DNA of 63,375 nucleotides, filler included, from Chiloscyllium plagiosum (lineage: Eukaryota), in NCBI RefSeq assembly GCF_004010195.1. It is 4 parts of one record of this genome, joined end to end, with 100 filler letters (N's around TTAATTAATTAA, not from the genome) between each part and the next. Parts side by side here need not be neighbours in the genome. Positions count along the whole stretch, not along the records: positions 1 to 23,913 come from NC_057715.1; 3 more parts are not named here. The stretch is one strand, 5' to 3'. Positions within the stretch are counted from its first letter, which is position 1; every line of letters begins with the position of its first letter. Positions 12,401-24,013 of this stretch are shown here, in pieces. Made by a program: the position numbers and the translations under genes. The notes beneath the pieces are model-generated. The model saw only the letters and a list, made by a program, of their open reading frames with translations, searched no databases and was not told the origin of the DNA.

Positions 12401-13639
12401 TTGTCCTAAACAAAATACAGTTCACTGTATGATACCAATCATGTACATATTATATTAGTCGGGCCAATATTGCTCTTAAAACTATTGGGAGATCTGCAGA
12501 CAGGCTCCCTACCCTACAAGCTCCCAAGATGTTCTGCTTTTTTTCCACCAAAGACCTCATGACATCATCCGATGGGGCGGAGCTTAACTCAAACTCCAAT
12601 CATAACATTCAGTTCAATTACTTTATACAAGAATCACAGAAGTACAGCTTAGGTGTCGTAAAGTAGAAAGATCTAGGGAAGGAATTCCAGAGGTAGGGCC
12701 AAGTAACTAAAGGTATGGCTGCCAATGGTTGGTCATGAAAGCTGGGAGTGCGTAGAAGGCTAGAATTGTGCAATTGCAGAGATCCGACACTCATGGGGCC
12801 TCTGAAGAATACATCTTTCATCAAAACCCAAAATCAGATGCAGACTGACCTGCCATTTATTTACAGAATTTCCTGTTCAATTATAACACTTCAGAGAATG
12901 GCTTATTATAATGTAACCCCCTGTAGTTCAAGGAATTTTTACTCCATTAGTTAGGCAGTGATATTTTGAATGGATCATGCTTTTTCACTTTTTGACGGAC
13001 TTTTGGCGGAAAGTCAAGAACCTGAGATTAAATAGTCAGCACTGAGCAGCCAAAAAGCTGGCTGCACAACAATCAGAGGGGGGTAGTGGGAGCTGAGGCT
13101 TTCCTGGAACTTCACATCTGCCACGTAAGATTCTAGAAACAACATACTTATCTGAAGTGTCATTCAAGTAGGTACAAAAACTGTACAAATCCTGTTTTTT
13201 AAAGCATCGTATACACCTATTTTCTGTCAAAATTCCTTCCCTTTGGAGATAGTGCACCTTTATACAGGAACAATAGGAGGCCACTTAGCCCCTCCAGCTT
13301 GTTGCACACTGTATTGTCCGTTTAGTTTATTTACTCTGAGGATTTATGTTTTTTTCACTTTGATTCTTACACAAATGAACTAACAATTGCAGCTGTAAAA
13401 ATAAAAAAAAACAAAATATATCCTGAAAATATGCAAATGGAAACAAAGGAAATTTAAAAAGTTATTTTTAAAAATATGAAACAGAAAGACTGGTTAGAAT
13501 GCAAAATGAATTCTGTTGCAAACTACTATGGAGAAAAATCCACAGATTATTTTTAAAATTTGAATTAGTAGGATGTTTAAAAGAAAACTAATATTAAAAG
13601 GTATGAAGGTCAGAGGATCAGGAAGAGACTGGACAAGAC

Positions 13640-14005
13640 CTTATTAGTTATGTTACTGAGCTAGTAATTAAAAGGGCTTGGCCCTCTGACCCAGGTCATT
13701 GGTCACCCAAACTACCCAACGTGGATAATTTGAAATCAATGCAAAAATCTGAAAATAAAAAGCTGATATTCATAATGAAACTTGTGGACTGTCATAAAAA
13801 AGACTCACTAATGGCCTGTTGAGAAGGAAAGCTGTCATCTTTACCCATTCTGACCTATACATGACTCAAGTCCCCCGCGGCAATAAGATTAACTGTTAAC
13901 TGCTCTCTGATGCAGCCTACCAAAACACTCAGTTGTATCAAATTCAAAGTGGTCTCTTAGTAACTAGGGGTGGGCAAATAATGTCAGCCTTACCAGAGAC
14001 ACCAG
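13640..14005 (+). mobile_element. Old copy of the tRNA-derived SINE family seen at 44684-45033
   Basis: Shared blocks CTCACTAATG..GAAGGAAA..CATC..TACCC..TCTG.CCTATA and the GGGCAAAT..TG tail. Confidence 0.5.
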
Positions 14006-14319
14006 CAGGAAGTAAAACCCTCCACCTCGGGTAGAGGCAGCAGCACAGACTGTAAGCACATTGCGTAGCATGATGATCTCTGCACAGTCATATGCGTCAA
14101 AACTACAGCCCCATGAATAGAAAAGCTCAGTTCATCAGTAATCTTAACAACTTGCACAGTGATTAGTCAGCAATGAACAGACAGGAATAGTTTAGGAGAA
14201 ATGTTCTTCTGAGTCACAGTAACAATGTGATAAAACTGAGATATTCAAAATGATTTAAGGATTTGATGGGGTAAATCAAGACAAACCATTTGGTGTGGTG
14301 GTAGAGGAATGGATGTCAA

Positions 14320-15490
14320 AGAACAAACAAAGAACAATACAGCACAGGAACAGTCCCTTCGGCCTTCCAAGCCTGTGCCAACAGATTTTGCTCTTCCATA
14401 TTAAAACTGTCTTCACTTCCAGGATCCATACCCCTCTATTCCCTTCCTATTCACGTATTTGTCCAGGTGCTTCTCGAATGCTGCTATTGTGTCTGCTTCC
14501 ACCACCTCCTCTGGCAGCACGTTCCAGACACACACTACCCTTTGTGTGAAAAACTTGCCTCGCATATCTCTTTTATACTTCTCCCTTCGCACCTTAAACC
14601 CGTGTCTCTTAGTAATTGATCCACCCCTGAAAAAAGCCTCATGCTTTCCACTCTATCCATGCCATTCATAATGTTATGAACTTCTGTTGGGTCACCCCTC
14701 AACCTCCTGCAGTCCAATGAAAACAAACCCAGTCTATCCATTGTTTCTTCATAGCTAAAATCCCCATACCAGGCAACATCCTGGTAAACCTTTTCTGTAC
14801 CCTCTCAAAAGCATCCACATCCTTCTGGTAGTGTGGTGACCAGAACTGTATGCAATATTCCAAGTGTAGCCTAACTAAAATTCTATAAAGTTGCAGCATA
14901 ACTTCTTTATCACTAGACTGTGCCCCTTTCAATGAAGGCAAGCAGGCCATCAGCCTTTTTTTTATATCTTATCTACGTGTGGTACCACGTTCAGTGATCT
15001 GTGGACCTGCACATTCAGATCTCTCTGCATATCAATACTCCAAAAGGTATAATTTCCGCCTGTACTTGACCTTCCAAAATCTATCACCTCAAATTTGTCC
15101 GGATTGAACTCAATCTGCCATTTTTATGCCCATGCCTCCAACTGATCTATATCCTGCTGTATCCTCTGACAATCCTCTTCACTACCCACAACTTCGCAAC
15201 CTTGTATCGTCAGCAAACTTACTAATTAGACCAGCTACATTTTCCTCCATATCATTTATATAGATCTCAAACAGCAGAGGTGCCAGCACTGATCTGTGTG
15301 GAACACTACTAGTCACAGCTCTCCATTCCAAAAACCATCCTTCCACTGCTACATTTTCGTCTCCTATAACTAAGCCAGTTCTGTATCCATATTGCCAGCT
15401 CTCCATTTACAGCATCTGACTTCACCTTTTGTTCCAGTCTGCCATGAGGGACCTTGTCAAACTCTTGACTGAAGTCCACGTAGCCAACAA
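14320..15490 (-). mobile_element. CR1 LINE RT-to-3' fragment
   Basis: SSVPHRSVLAPLLFEIYINDM, SKFADDT, LEYCIQFWSP, LDCRRLRGD in minus-strand ORFs. Confidence 0.9.
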
Positions 15491-16473
15491 CATTCTGAGA
15501 AGTGGAGCATAAACTTAAAATTTGAGACAGACCATTCAGGAGTCATGTCAGGAAGCATATCTGCAAATGAAGGTAAGTAGAAATCTGGCATTTCTCTCCT
15601 CCAAAATGCTGTTGAGGATAAAAACCCACAGGAAATTTCAAAACTGATGGGGACACAAATTTTTTTATTAAGCATCCAAGAACCACCAAGGCCGGTGGAT
15701 GTGATTAAGATACTAAAGATGTCAAAGATATATATGTGATTATCATTTGGGAATTTTGCTTTTTAATAGCAGATGCAGAGGGATTCTGTAATCAGCTCTG
15801 TGAAGATAACTTTTTGTAAAACAAGACGTCAGGAAATCATTTGGAACAGTAACCTAAGTACATAATTTCCAAGAAAGCATGTGGTTCAGTTAAGTGCCTC
15901 ATAGGATACTGTGATGTTAATTGATGAAATGTTTATACTGTTGTCTTTCAGAAAGGCAGATAAAGCAGATTAGGTGCCACCAGTTTTGTTTGACTTCAGT
16001 TCAGAATAATCACGATTTTAGTCAGGAGGGAGTTTTCACCCAAGCAGGAAGGTACAGGTTGTGAAGTCTCTAAAATGTGAGAGTTTGTGTTGAAGTTTAC
16101 AAGTTGTCCGAGCTGAAAGGAGGTTCAGGCCAGCAGAACTGGAAAGTAGTCATTAAATTATTTCAGCTGCAGCAAGAGAAGAGCAGGAAGAGAACTGGAA
16201 AGAATTAAGAACTAAATTAGAGGTCGAAGTGATATTGCCTTAGGTTTGAGTAACTGTAAAGGATTTTGCTGGGAAACCGGATGAAACAGAATGAGGTTTT
16301 GTTGGTTATTCTAAGATTTTTCTCAATTCTCATAAAAAATATAGTTTTTTTAATTAATAAACTTGCATTTTATGTTGATGAATATTGGCAGCCTTACGTG
16401 AATTTGTTTAATGACTAAACAATTTGATAACCACTGCAAAAATTAAATTTAATGACCCCATCAAACCAGGTCA

Positions 16474-16722
16474 TTGTCCCCATGTCTGCATGGGTTTCTT
16501 CCAGGTGCTCTGGTTTCCTCCCACAATCCAAATATGTGCAGGTTAGATGAATTCGACATGCTATAGTTCCCATAGTATTCAGGGATGTGTAGGTTAGGTG
16601 CATTAGACAGGGGTAAATATGGGATAATAGGGAGGGGAATGCATCTGGGTGGGTTACTCTTCAGAGGGTCGGTGTGGCCTCGTTGGGTCGAAGGGCCTGT
16701 TTCCATACTGCAGGAATTCTAT
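16474..16722 (+). mobile_element. HE1-type SINE, 5'-truncated
   Basis: Body and tail match 7886-8190. Confidence 0.75.
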
Positions 16723-17489
16723 GGTTTCCTCGGATCCTGCCAGATCTGCTGAGTTTCTCCAGTAGTCTCTGTGTTTGTTTCAGATTTCCAGCATCTGCAG
16801 TATTTTGCCTTTATTCAGCTCCTCTAACTTTCGCTTCAAATTATGGAGCTCTTCACCTTCGTAAATCCTTCCTTCTGCTGCCACTCTCAAACTTTTAAAT
16901 TACAGTCTCTCCAGTCATCATCTTGCCAACTTGTGACTGACCTCCTCTTTAACTCCACAGCTTTGCTATGTTGCACTGTATCTCACAGTGAAGGTAATAA
17001 AATAACTCACTGGAACATTGGTTTACCACCATGCCAGCTCTGTAGCTGATATTATACTTCTCTTGTTGTAACCACTAATAGCCATAGTGCAGCTTCAGAC
17101 ACTTCATAAGATTATCATTCTGTAAGCTAACATGATGAGTTTTGTACAATGGGAAATTTAACGCCAACAATTCATTACCCAACTTTCCATCTATTCAAAT
17201 GAATTAGTGGAAACTATACTAATCACCAACCATGAAACTGACCTTCACCCTGAATACCTGCAGCCATCATGTAGACATCTGCACAGAAACATGAAAATGA
17301 CAATTTACCCTAGTCCTCTACTGTTTGACCAAACCAATTGTTTGACTGTTGTACACACACCAACAGAAAATAGTATCAAATGTAACTTAATGACAACATT
17401 CTCATCTATGTCAAGTGCAGGTCAACACTAATTTGAGCTTATTCTTTTCTTACTTTGTTGTCTTAATTGAGTTTTAATGCAATATTTTA

Positions 17490-18930
17490 TACAGAGAACA
17501 GTACAGCACAGTATAGGCCTTTCAGCCCTCGATGTTGTGCTGGTCTTTTATTCTACTCTAAGATCAGACTAACCAGATACTCCTCATTGTACTAACTTCC
17601 ATGTACCTACCCAAGAGTCACTTAAATGTCCCTAATGTATCTGACTCTCCTACCACTGCTGGCAGTAAAGAACCTACCTCTGACTGCTCCCCAAACCTTC
17701 CTCCAATTACATCCCCACATGATAGACATTTGTCATCTTAGAACCCCTACAAAATCCTAAAACCCTTACAGTGTGAAAACAGGCCATTTGGCCCAACAAG
17801 GCCACACCAACCCATTCCCCACCCTATTACTCTACATTCACCCCTGACTATTGCACCTAACCTCCACATCCCTGAACACGATGGGCAATTTAGCATGGTC
17901 AATTCACCTAAACTGCACATCTTTGGATTGTGGAAGGAAACCCGGAGGAAACCCACACAGACACAGGGAGAATATGCAAACTCCATTCGCGAGGTTGAAG
18001 TCAAACCTGGGTCCCTGGCGCTGTGAGGCAGCAGTGCTAACCACTGAGCTGCCGTGGGAAAAAGTCTCTGGCTATCCACTCTATCTATGCCTCTCAATAT
18101 CTGGTACACCTTTATCGAGTCCCTCTAATCCTTCTTTGCTCCAATGAGAAATGCCCTAGCTCCCTCAGCCTTTCTTCATACACATGCCCTCCAGTCCAGG
18201 CAGCATCCTGGGAAAGCTCCTCTGCACCCTCTCTAAAGCTTCCACATCTTTCCTATTGTTGACCTTGTGAGGTGACCAGAACTGAACACAATATTCCAAG
18301 TATGGTATAACCAAGGCTCTACAGAGCTGCAGCATAACCTCACAGCCCTTAAACTCAACCCCCCTGTTAACAAAAGCCAACACCATATACCCTCTTAACA
18401 ACCCTATCAACCTGGATGACAACTTTAAGGGGTCTATTGACATGAACCCCAAGATCCCTTTGTTCCTCCACATTGCCAAGGCTCCTGCCTTTCACCCTGT
18501 CTTCTGCATTCAAATTTGACCTTCCAAAGTGAATGACATCACTCTTTTCCAGGTTGAACTCCATCTGCCACTTATCAGCCCAGTTCTGTACCCTGTCAAT
18601 GTCTCATTGCAACTAACAATAGCCTTCCACACTATGCACAACTCCACCGACCTTTGTGTCAAGATTAGACTGGTGCTGGAAAAGCACAGCAGGTCAGGCA
18701 GCATCCGAGGAACAGGAAAGTCGATGTTCTGGGCTGGAGCCCCTTCATCAACATTCCTGATGAAGGGCTCCAGCCCTAAACGTTGATTTTCCTGCTTCTC
18801 AGATGCTGCCTGACCTAATGTGCTTTGCCGGCACCACTCTAATCTTGACTCTAATCTCCAGCATCTGCAGTGCTCACTTTCGCCTCTACCAACCTTTGTG
18901 TCATTTACTTACCCACCTTTTCACTTCCTC
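17490..18930 (-). mobile_element. CR1 LINE 3' fragment with a nested HE1 SINE (17747-18056, minus) and a nested fold-back element (18662-18883)
   Basis: MEFNLEKSDVIHFG, RDLGVHV, LEYCVQFWSP motifs; inserts interrupt collinear CR1 sequence. Confidence 0.88.
18662..18883. mobile_element. Fold-back Penelope-derived mini-element with two divergent hammerhead-like motifs
   Basis: Arms 18661-18750 and 18758-18846 are inverted; CTGATGAAGGGCTCCAGCCC core on both strands; 20-bp TSD with 2 mismatches (18642-18661 / 18884-18903). Confidence 0.8.
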
Positions 18931-19059
18931 ATTTTGTATTAGTGCAATTACTAACTTGGAAAGTCTGAGCAGGTAAATCTATATGTAATGTTTGATACTG
19001 AAAGCTCCCAATCAGCTGTCAGACAATACTCACAGCTCTTACTAGAGTGCTGTGGGTTC

Positions 19060-19190
19060 AAGCTGTACTACAGAGACTTTCAGTACAGCACTGAGGAGAT
19101 GCTGTACTGTCAAAGGTGACACTAAACTGAAACCTCATTTACGCTCTCAGGAGCAATTAAAAGATCGCACAGTGCTATTTTGAAATGATC
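19060..19190 (+). mobile_element. Deu-domain (SacSINE1/AmnSINE1-like) SINE, 5' part; a 3' part lies at about 20740-20865
   Basis: CAGTACAGCACTGAGGAGATGCTGTACTGTCAAAGGTG...AAAAGATCGCACAGTGCTATTTTGAA resembles the recalled Deu core. Confidence 0.6.
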
Positions 19191-19194
19191 TCAG

Positions 19195-20250
19195 TAGCCA
19201 ACAGGAAACAGAGTAGACATAAGCAGATCATTTTTAGATGGCAAGCTGTGACTACTGGGAACATCAAAAGGATCTATGTGCATGACTTGGATATAGGGAC
19301 CAAATGCATGGCTTCTGAATTTGCTGATGACACCAAGATAGAGAGAAAGCGTACAGTGTGCAAAGGGAGAGAGACAGGTTAAGTGAGTAGGCAAAAATCT
19401 GGCAGATGGAGCATAATGTGGAAAAAGGTGAATTTGCCCAATTTGTCATGAAAAACAGAGAAGTCGTATACAATTTAAATTGATAATTTGCAGAACTCTG
19501 CGATACAAAAGCATCTAGATATCCTGGTATACAAATCACAAAATGCTAGTCTTCAAATACAGCAAATTATTAAGAAAGCAAATGAAATGATATTCTTTAT
19601 TGCAAGGGAATACAGAATTAAGGAAGCAATACCACAGCTGTACAAGGCCTTGATCAAATCACATCTAGAGCATTTGCCAGTTTTGGTAACCTTATTTGAT
19701 AAAATTATTTTTAGGTCATTACATGTGAAGCAATTCAGAGAAGATTCAGTCGACTCATTCCCGGCATGAAAGGTTTAACTTATGAATTAAAGTTAGACGC
19801 TTTGGGCCTTACCTCTGAAATTTAAAAGAATGAGACAACCATCTGATGAAGGAGCTGCGCTCTGAAAGCCAGTGCTTCCAATTAAACCTGTTGGACTATA
19901 ACTTGGTGTTGTATGATTTTTAACTTAAAAGAATGAGAGGTTGTCTAATTGAAGCTAATAAGATCCTGAGGGATCTTGATAAGATGGATAAAGGAGAATG
20001 TTTCCACTTGTCCCCTTTAGGGGACACTGCTTAAAAACAGGAAGCCTCCATATTTAGATGGATAGGAGGAATAAAGTCTTCTGTCAGAGCATTGTTAGTT
20101 GTAATGTGCTCTTCCTTAGAAAACAGTGGATGTTGGGTCATCAAACTTAATCAAGACTGAGTTAGATTAATTTTTAAAAGTCAAGGGAGTCACTCAGATC
20201 ACCCATGACTTTTCTGAATGGTGGATCGGGTTCTGAATGACCTACTCTTG
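19195..20250 (+). mobile_element. Degenerate CR1 RT/3' fragment
   Basis: SEFADDTKI, QLYKALIKSHLEH, EFKRMRG motifs. Confidence 0.8.
19836..19924 (+). mobile_element. 89-bp hammerhead-bearing insertion with a perfect 14-bp TSD
   Basis: TTAAAAGAATGAGA at 19822-19835 and 19925-19938; insert CTGATGA-AGGAGC-TGC-GCTCT-GAAAGCCA... belongs to the same family as 1814-1950. Confidence 0.85.
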
Positions 20251-20339
20251 CTGTGACGTCCAATGTTCAGAAGAGATAGATTCTACACTCCATTAGCCAA
20301 GTTAATGCTTAGCTCTCAATCAAGTATAAAGAAAAAAAC

Positions 20340-20737
20340 TATAAGAACATAAGAACTAGGAGCAGGACCAGGCCGTCTGGCCCATCGATCCTGCTCCGCC
20401 ATTCAATAAGATCTTTTCATGGCCTCAGCTCCACTTACCCACCCTCTCACCATAACCCTTGATTCCTTTATTGTTCAAAAAAAAAACTATCTTAACTTTA
20501 AAACATTTACTGAAATAGCATCAACTACTTCACTGGGCAAGGAATTCCATAGATTCACAACCCTCTGAGCGAAGGTGTTCCTTCTCAAATCAGTCTTAAA
20601 TCTGCTCACTCTATTTTTGCGGCTATGCCCTCTTGTCCTAATTTCACCTGCCAGTGGAAACATCCTCTCTACTTCTATCTTATCTATTCCCTTCATAATT
20701 TTATATATTTCTATAAGATGCCCCCTCATTCTTCTAA
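20340..20737 (-). mobile_element. CR1 3' end
   Basis: MRGHLIEIYKIMKG...RTRGH...FAQRVVNLWNSLP; (TTCTTATG)-type tail. Confidence 0.9.
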
Positions 20738-22471
20738 AATTGCAAATCGGCTTCCATGTTCCCTACGTTACAAGTGTGGCCACATTGAAACATTCTTCAT
20801 TGGCTGAAATGTCGTGTTGTGATTGTGAAAGTGAAGGTTGTGAAAGGTAGTACAGAAATACAATAAAGTCTTTCTTCCTCAGGACAGGTCAATGAAATGG
20901 TAAATAATCATTTTTATATCTTGTACTAAAAGATATAGGCCATTTAATAGAAGAATATGATTAAAATAATTTGGTTTCACTTGGTCATTAGGCAACAAGT
21001 GTTCTCCTCCAAGTTCATCAGTGGCACTGATGCTCAGTACCACAGTTCATAAGTTGAATGGATTCCAAGCTCTCTTATTAGATAGCTATCCAACTCAACA
21101 AGTCAGAAATCTCAAACATTTTATTTGACAGATAAGCAAAATCTATTCATTAAAAATACCTTGAGACTACGCAATTTTGTGGTCATGTATTGTTACCTAG
21201 CGGAACATGGATCCAAATGTTATGGATTGTGGGCAGTCAGATGATACAGGGACAAAAAGAGATCAGTCAGCCTCTAAATTCAATTTTAGCTAATCTGAAT
21301 CTCACATCATCTACCTATTTTTCTCAATATCCTTATCCAACAAAAATCAAATCAAAAGAGAGAAAATCAAAGGTTAGATTTTAGATTAATGATCTTCCAT
21401 CAGCGTAGATGATGCCAGACCACTGTCTACTTGAAATATTTTCTGTTTTTGTTTCATATTTCCAGCATCTGCAGTATTTCACTCTTGAAAAAAATATTCC
21501 ATCCCAGTCTTGAAATTTAATACTGACCTCCATGCACAACATCTTTTTGGAGAGAGTTCCAGCTTTTGTGTGAAATGCTGCTGGACATCACCCCTGAATG
21601 GCCCAGCTCTGATCTTAGAGTTATGCCCCCTTGTTCTGAACTTATCCAGAAGAAATAGTTTATCTCATCCTGCTCACATTGAGACACCCAAAGGGTGTGA
21701 AAACTTTGTATAAATGTAGGTTAGTATATTTGCAGTTCTTTAATTGCCTTAAATATATCTATATTACATCACTCTCATAATCACAATCATAAAACCCTGT
21801 AAACTTAATCTCTTATATTCAATGGAGCAGAAGCCAAAGTTGCAAAGCTCCAGGAGCAGAAGATGCAATGTTACAGACAGCTCCCTCTCCATCCTCTACC
21901 TTCTAGGTAGGGACAGTGTTCATGAGTCCCAGCGAGGGAACCAAGAGAAAACTGGTACAACGTTACAGGCTCCAGGGGAGGAGAGAACCCTCATAGAATG
22001 ACATCCCCAATGGTGGTTGGGAGCTTTACAGAGTCTGAGGAGGGTGGTAGGGTGATGGGGGATTCACTTTGTTGCCAGATTTTGGGTGTTTGGCGGGAGG
22101 GAGGTATACAGTGCAGGGTTAGAGATATGGAAAGGGTGATGAGTACAGAACCTCAGTGTTAATGATAGTGAACTATGTCTGAACATGTGGGGTACAGGCT
22201 CCTGGTATAGGATGTACTTGGGGTAAGGGAAGGGGTTAAGGACTGCAGGAGGGGAATCAGATGTCTTTCCGTACATTGACAGCATTGACCCCATGACACG
22301 CCATCATGAGAAGGTAGGATATAGGCTCCCAGATTGGGGGTATGGGCGCATGGTGCTGAGGGTGGACAAGGGAATCGGGGGATAGAGATCCCAGAGGTGG
22401 GAAAGGAAAGGGGATGATGCTGGAAGTAGAATTGCCATTCTTGATTGGGAATGGGGTGTGGATGGCAGAGT

Positions 22472-23092
22472 CCAGATCCCCTGGGATGAGGGTGGGAGTG
22501 GAGTGGACTGAACAGGTACAGATCCCTGGGGAGTGGGGTGTAAGGGTCAAGGTCTCATGGGATAGGGGTGGAAATGGAGTGGACTGAACAGGTACAGATC
22601 CCTGGGGAATGGAGTGGGAGGGTCAAGGTCTCATGGGATGGGGTGGAAATGGAGTGGACTGAACAGGTACAGATCCCTGGGGAATGGAGTGGGAGGGTCA
22701 AGGTCTCATGGGATAGGGGCGGGAGTGGAGTGGAGCAGACTGAACAGGTACATATCCCTGGGGAGTGGGGTGTAAGGGTCAATCTCATGGGGTGGGGGTG
22801 GACTGGACTGAACAGGTAAAGATCCCTGGGGAGTGGAGTGGGAGGGTCAAGATCTCATGGGATAGGGGTGGAAATGGAGTGGACTGAACAGGTACAGAAC
22901 CCTGGGGAGTGGGGTGTAAGGGTCAATCTCATGGGGTGGGGGTGGACTGAATTGAACAGGTACAGATCCCTGGGGAATGGAGTGGGAGGGTCAAGGTCTC
23001 ATGGGATAGGGGCGGGAGTGGAGTGGAGCGGACTGAACAGGTACAGATCCCTGGGGAGTTGAATGGGAGGGTCAAGATCTCATGGGATAGGG
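22472..23092. repeat. G-rich minisatellite, 8 units of 68-81 bp
   Basis: GAACAGGTA recurs at 22510, 22586, 22661, 22742, 22810, 22886, 22954 and 23035. Confidence 0.92.
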
Positions 23093-23199
23093 GTGCCAAT
23101 GGCAAGGAGTAGAGGGATATTTCGCTCGAGGGGTATACACGGACACCCCAGGACTGGGGTAGAGGATGGAGACACAACCCCCTGGGGTCGGGATTTTTG

Positions 23200-23870
23200 G
23201 AGGGGAGGGGGGATCACCTCGGCAGGTTTACTCACCCTATCGATGGATCCGGGCACCAGCCGCTCCAGGAGGCGGCACAAGACCACGCCGTCCCTCAGGG
23301 AGCTCTGCAGGAAAGCCTCGGGGTCCGACACGGTTTTCTTGGGGGAGTCTAGGACCCCGAGGGTGATCAGCCAAGTCACCGTCTGCTCAGCGGAGCTCAT
23401 CGCCACCGATCCCCATTCACCGACAGCGCGGCGATCCGAGCCTTGGGCCCCGGGACAACAGTCCCCTGCCTGCTACCCCGGGCCCCGGGACGATCCCGAC
23501 CCCGGTCCCGGTCCCGGTCCCCGCGGTTCACTGCTTCCCGAGGTGCCGGCTCCGAGCCCGCAAGCCCGGCATCACTCGGTACCGACAGAGCGGTGTGTCC
23601 GGGAGGAGGGTGGTAATGCCCGGTCCCGGGGCTGGGGCGCTGGCGCTGGGGCTCTGGGGCTGGGGCTCGGGCTCTGCCTGCCGCACCCCCTCCCTCTCCG
23701 CTCTCCGTCCCCCGGGCGGGTCTCTTTGTTTCTCCGGGACGACCGCGGCTCCGAACCTGCCGCCCACCGCCGCCGCTCAGACTGAGCCCGGAGCCGGCTC
23801 CTGCCGCCCTCTAGTGCCGCCCGGGACCCAGCAACAGAGGAGGGCCCGGACACCCCGACAATTACCCCCT
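23200..23870 (-). promoter_or_regulatory. CpG island / promoter and 5' UTR of ARHGEF7
   Basis: Very high GC and CpG density around exon 1, GGGCGG box near 23713, in an otherwise CpG-poor window. Confidence 0.85.
23236..23400 (-). CDS. ARHGEF7: ARHGEF7 (beta-PIX) coding exon 1, N-terminal CH domain
   Basis: ggtggcg[58 protein letters not shown]|gtgagt (165 bp). The [12 protein letters not shown] and CRLLERL residues favour ARHGEF7 over ARHGEF6. Confidence 0.95.
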
Positions 23871-23908
23871 TCCCCGACAATTACCTCCTTCCCTGACAAT
23901 TACCCCCC
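23853..23908. repeat. 19-bp tandem repeat (CCCCGACAATTACCCCCTT) x3, truncated at the contig end
   Basis: Three near-identical copies run up to the gap. Confidence 0.8.
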
Positions 23909-23913
23909 AACCC

Positions 23914-24013
23914 NNNNNNNNNNNNNNNNNNNNNNNNNNNNNNNNNNNNNNNNNNNNTTAATTAATTAANNNNNNNNNNNNNNNNNNNNNNNNNNNNNNN
24001 NNNNNNNNNNNNN
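23914..24013. other. Artificial contig linker N44-TTAATTAATTAA-N44
   Basis: Exactly 100 nt; the 12-mer has stops in all six frames; identical at 36839 and 50761. Confidence 0.97.

Noticed and set aside
23063..23969. 240-aa and other ORFs over the CpG island
   Set aside because: GC-rich sequence antisense to or in the UTR of ARHGEF7 exon 1; low stop frequency explains their length.
23958..23969. TTAATTAATTAA as a biological motif
   Set aside because: Centred in exactly 44+44 Ns three times; this is a six-frame-stop assembly spacer.
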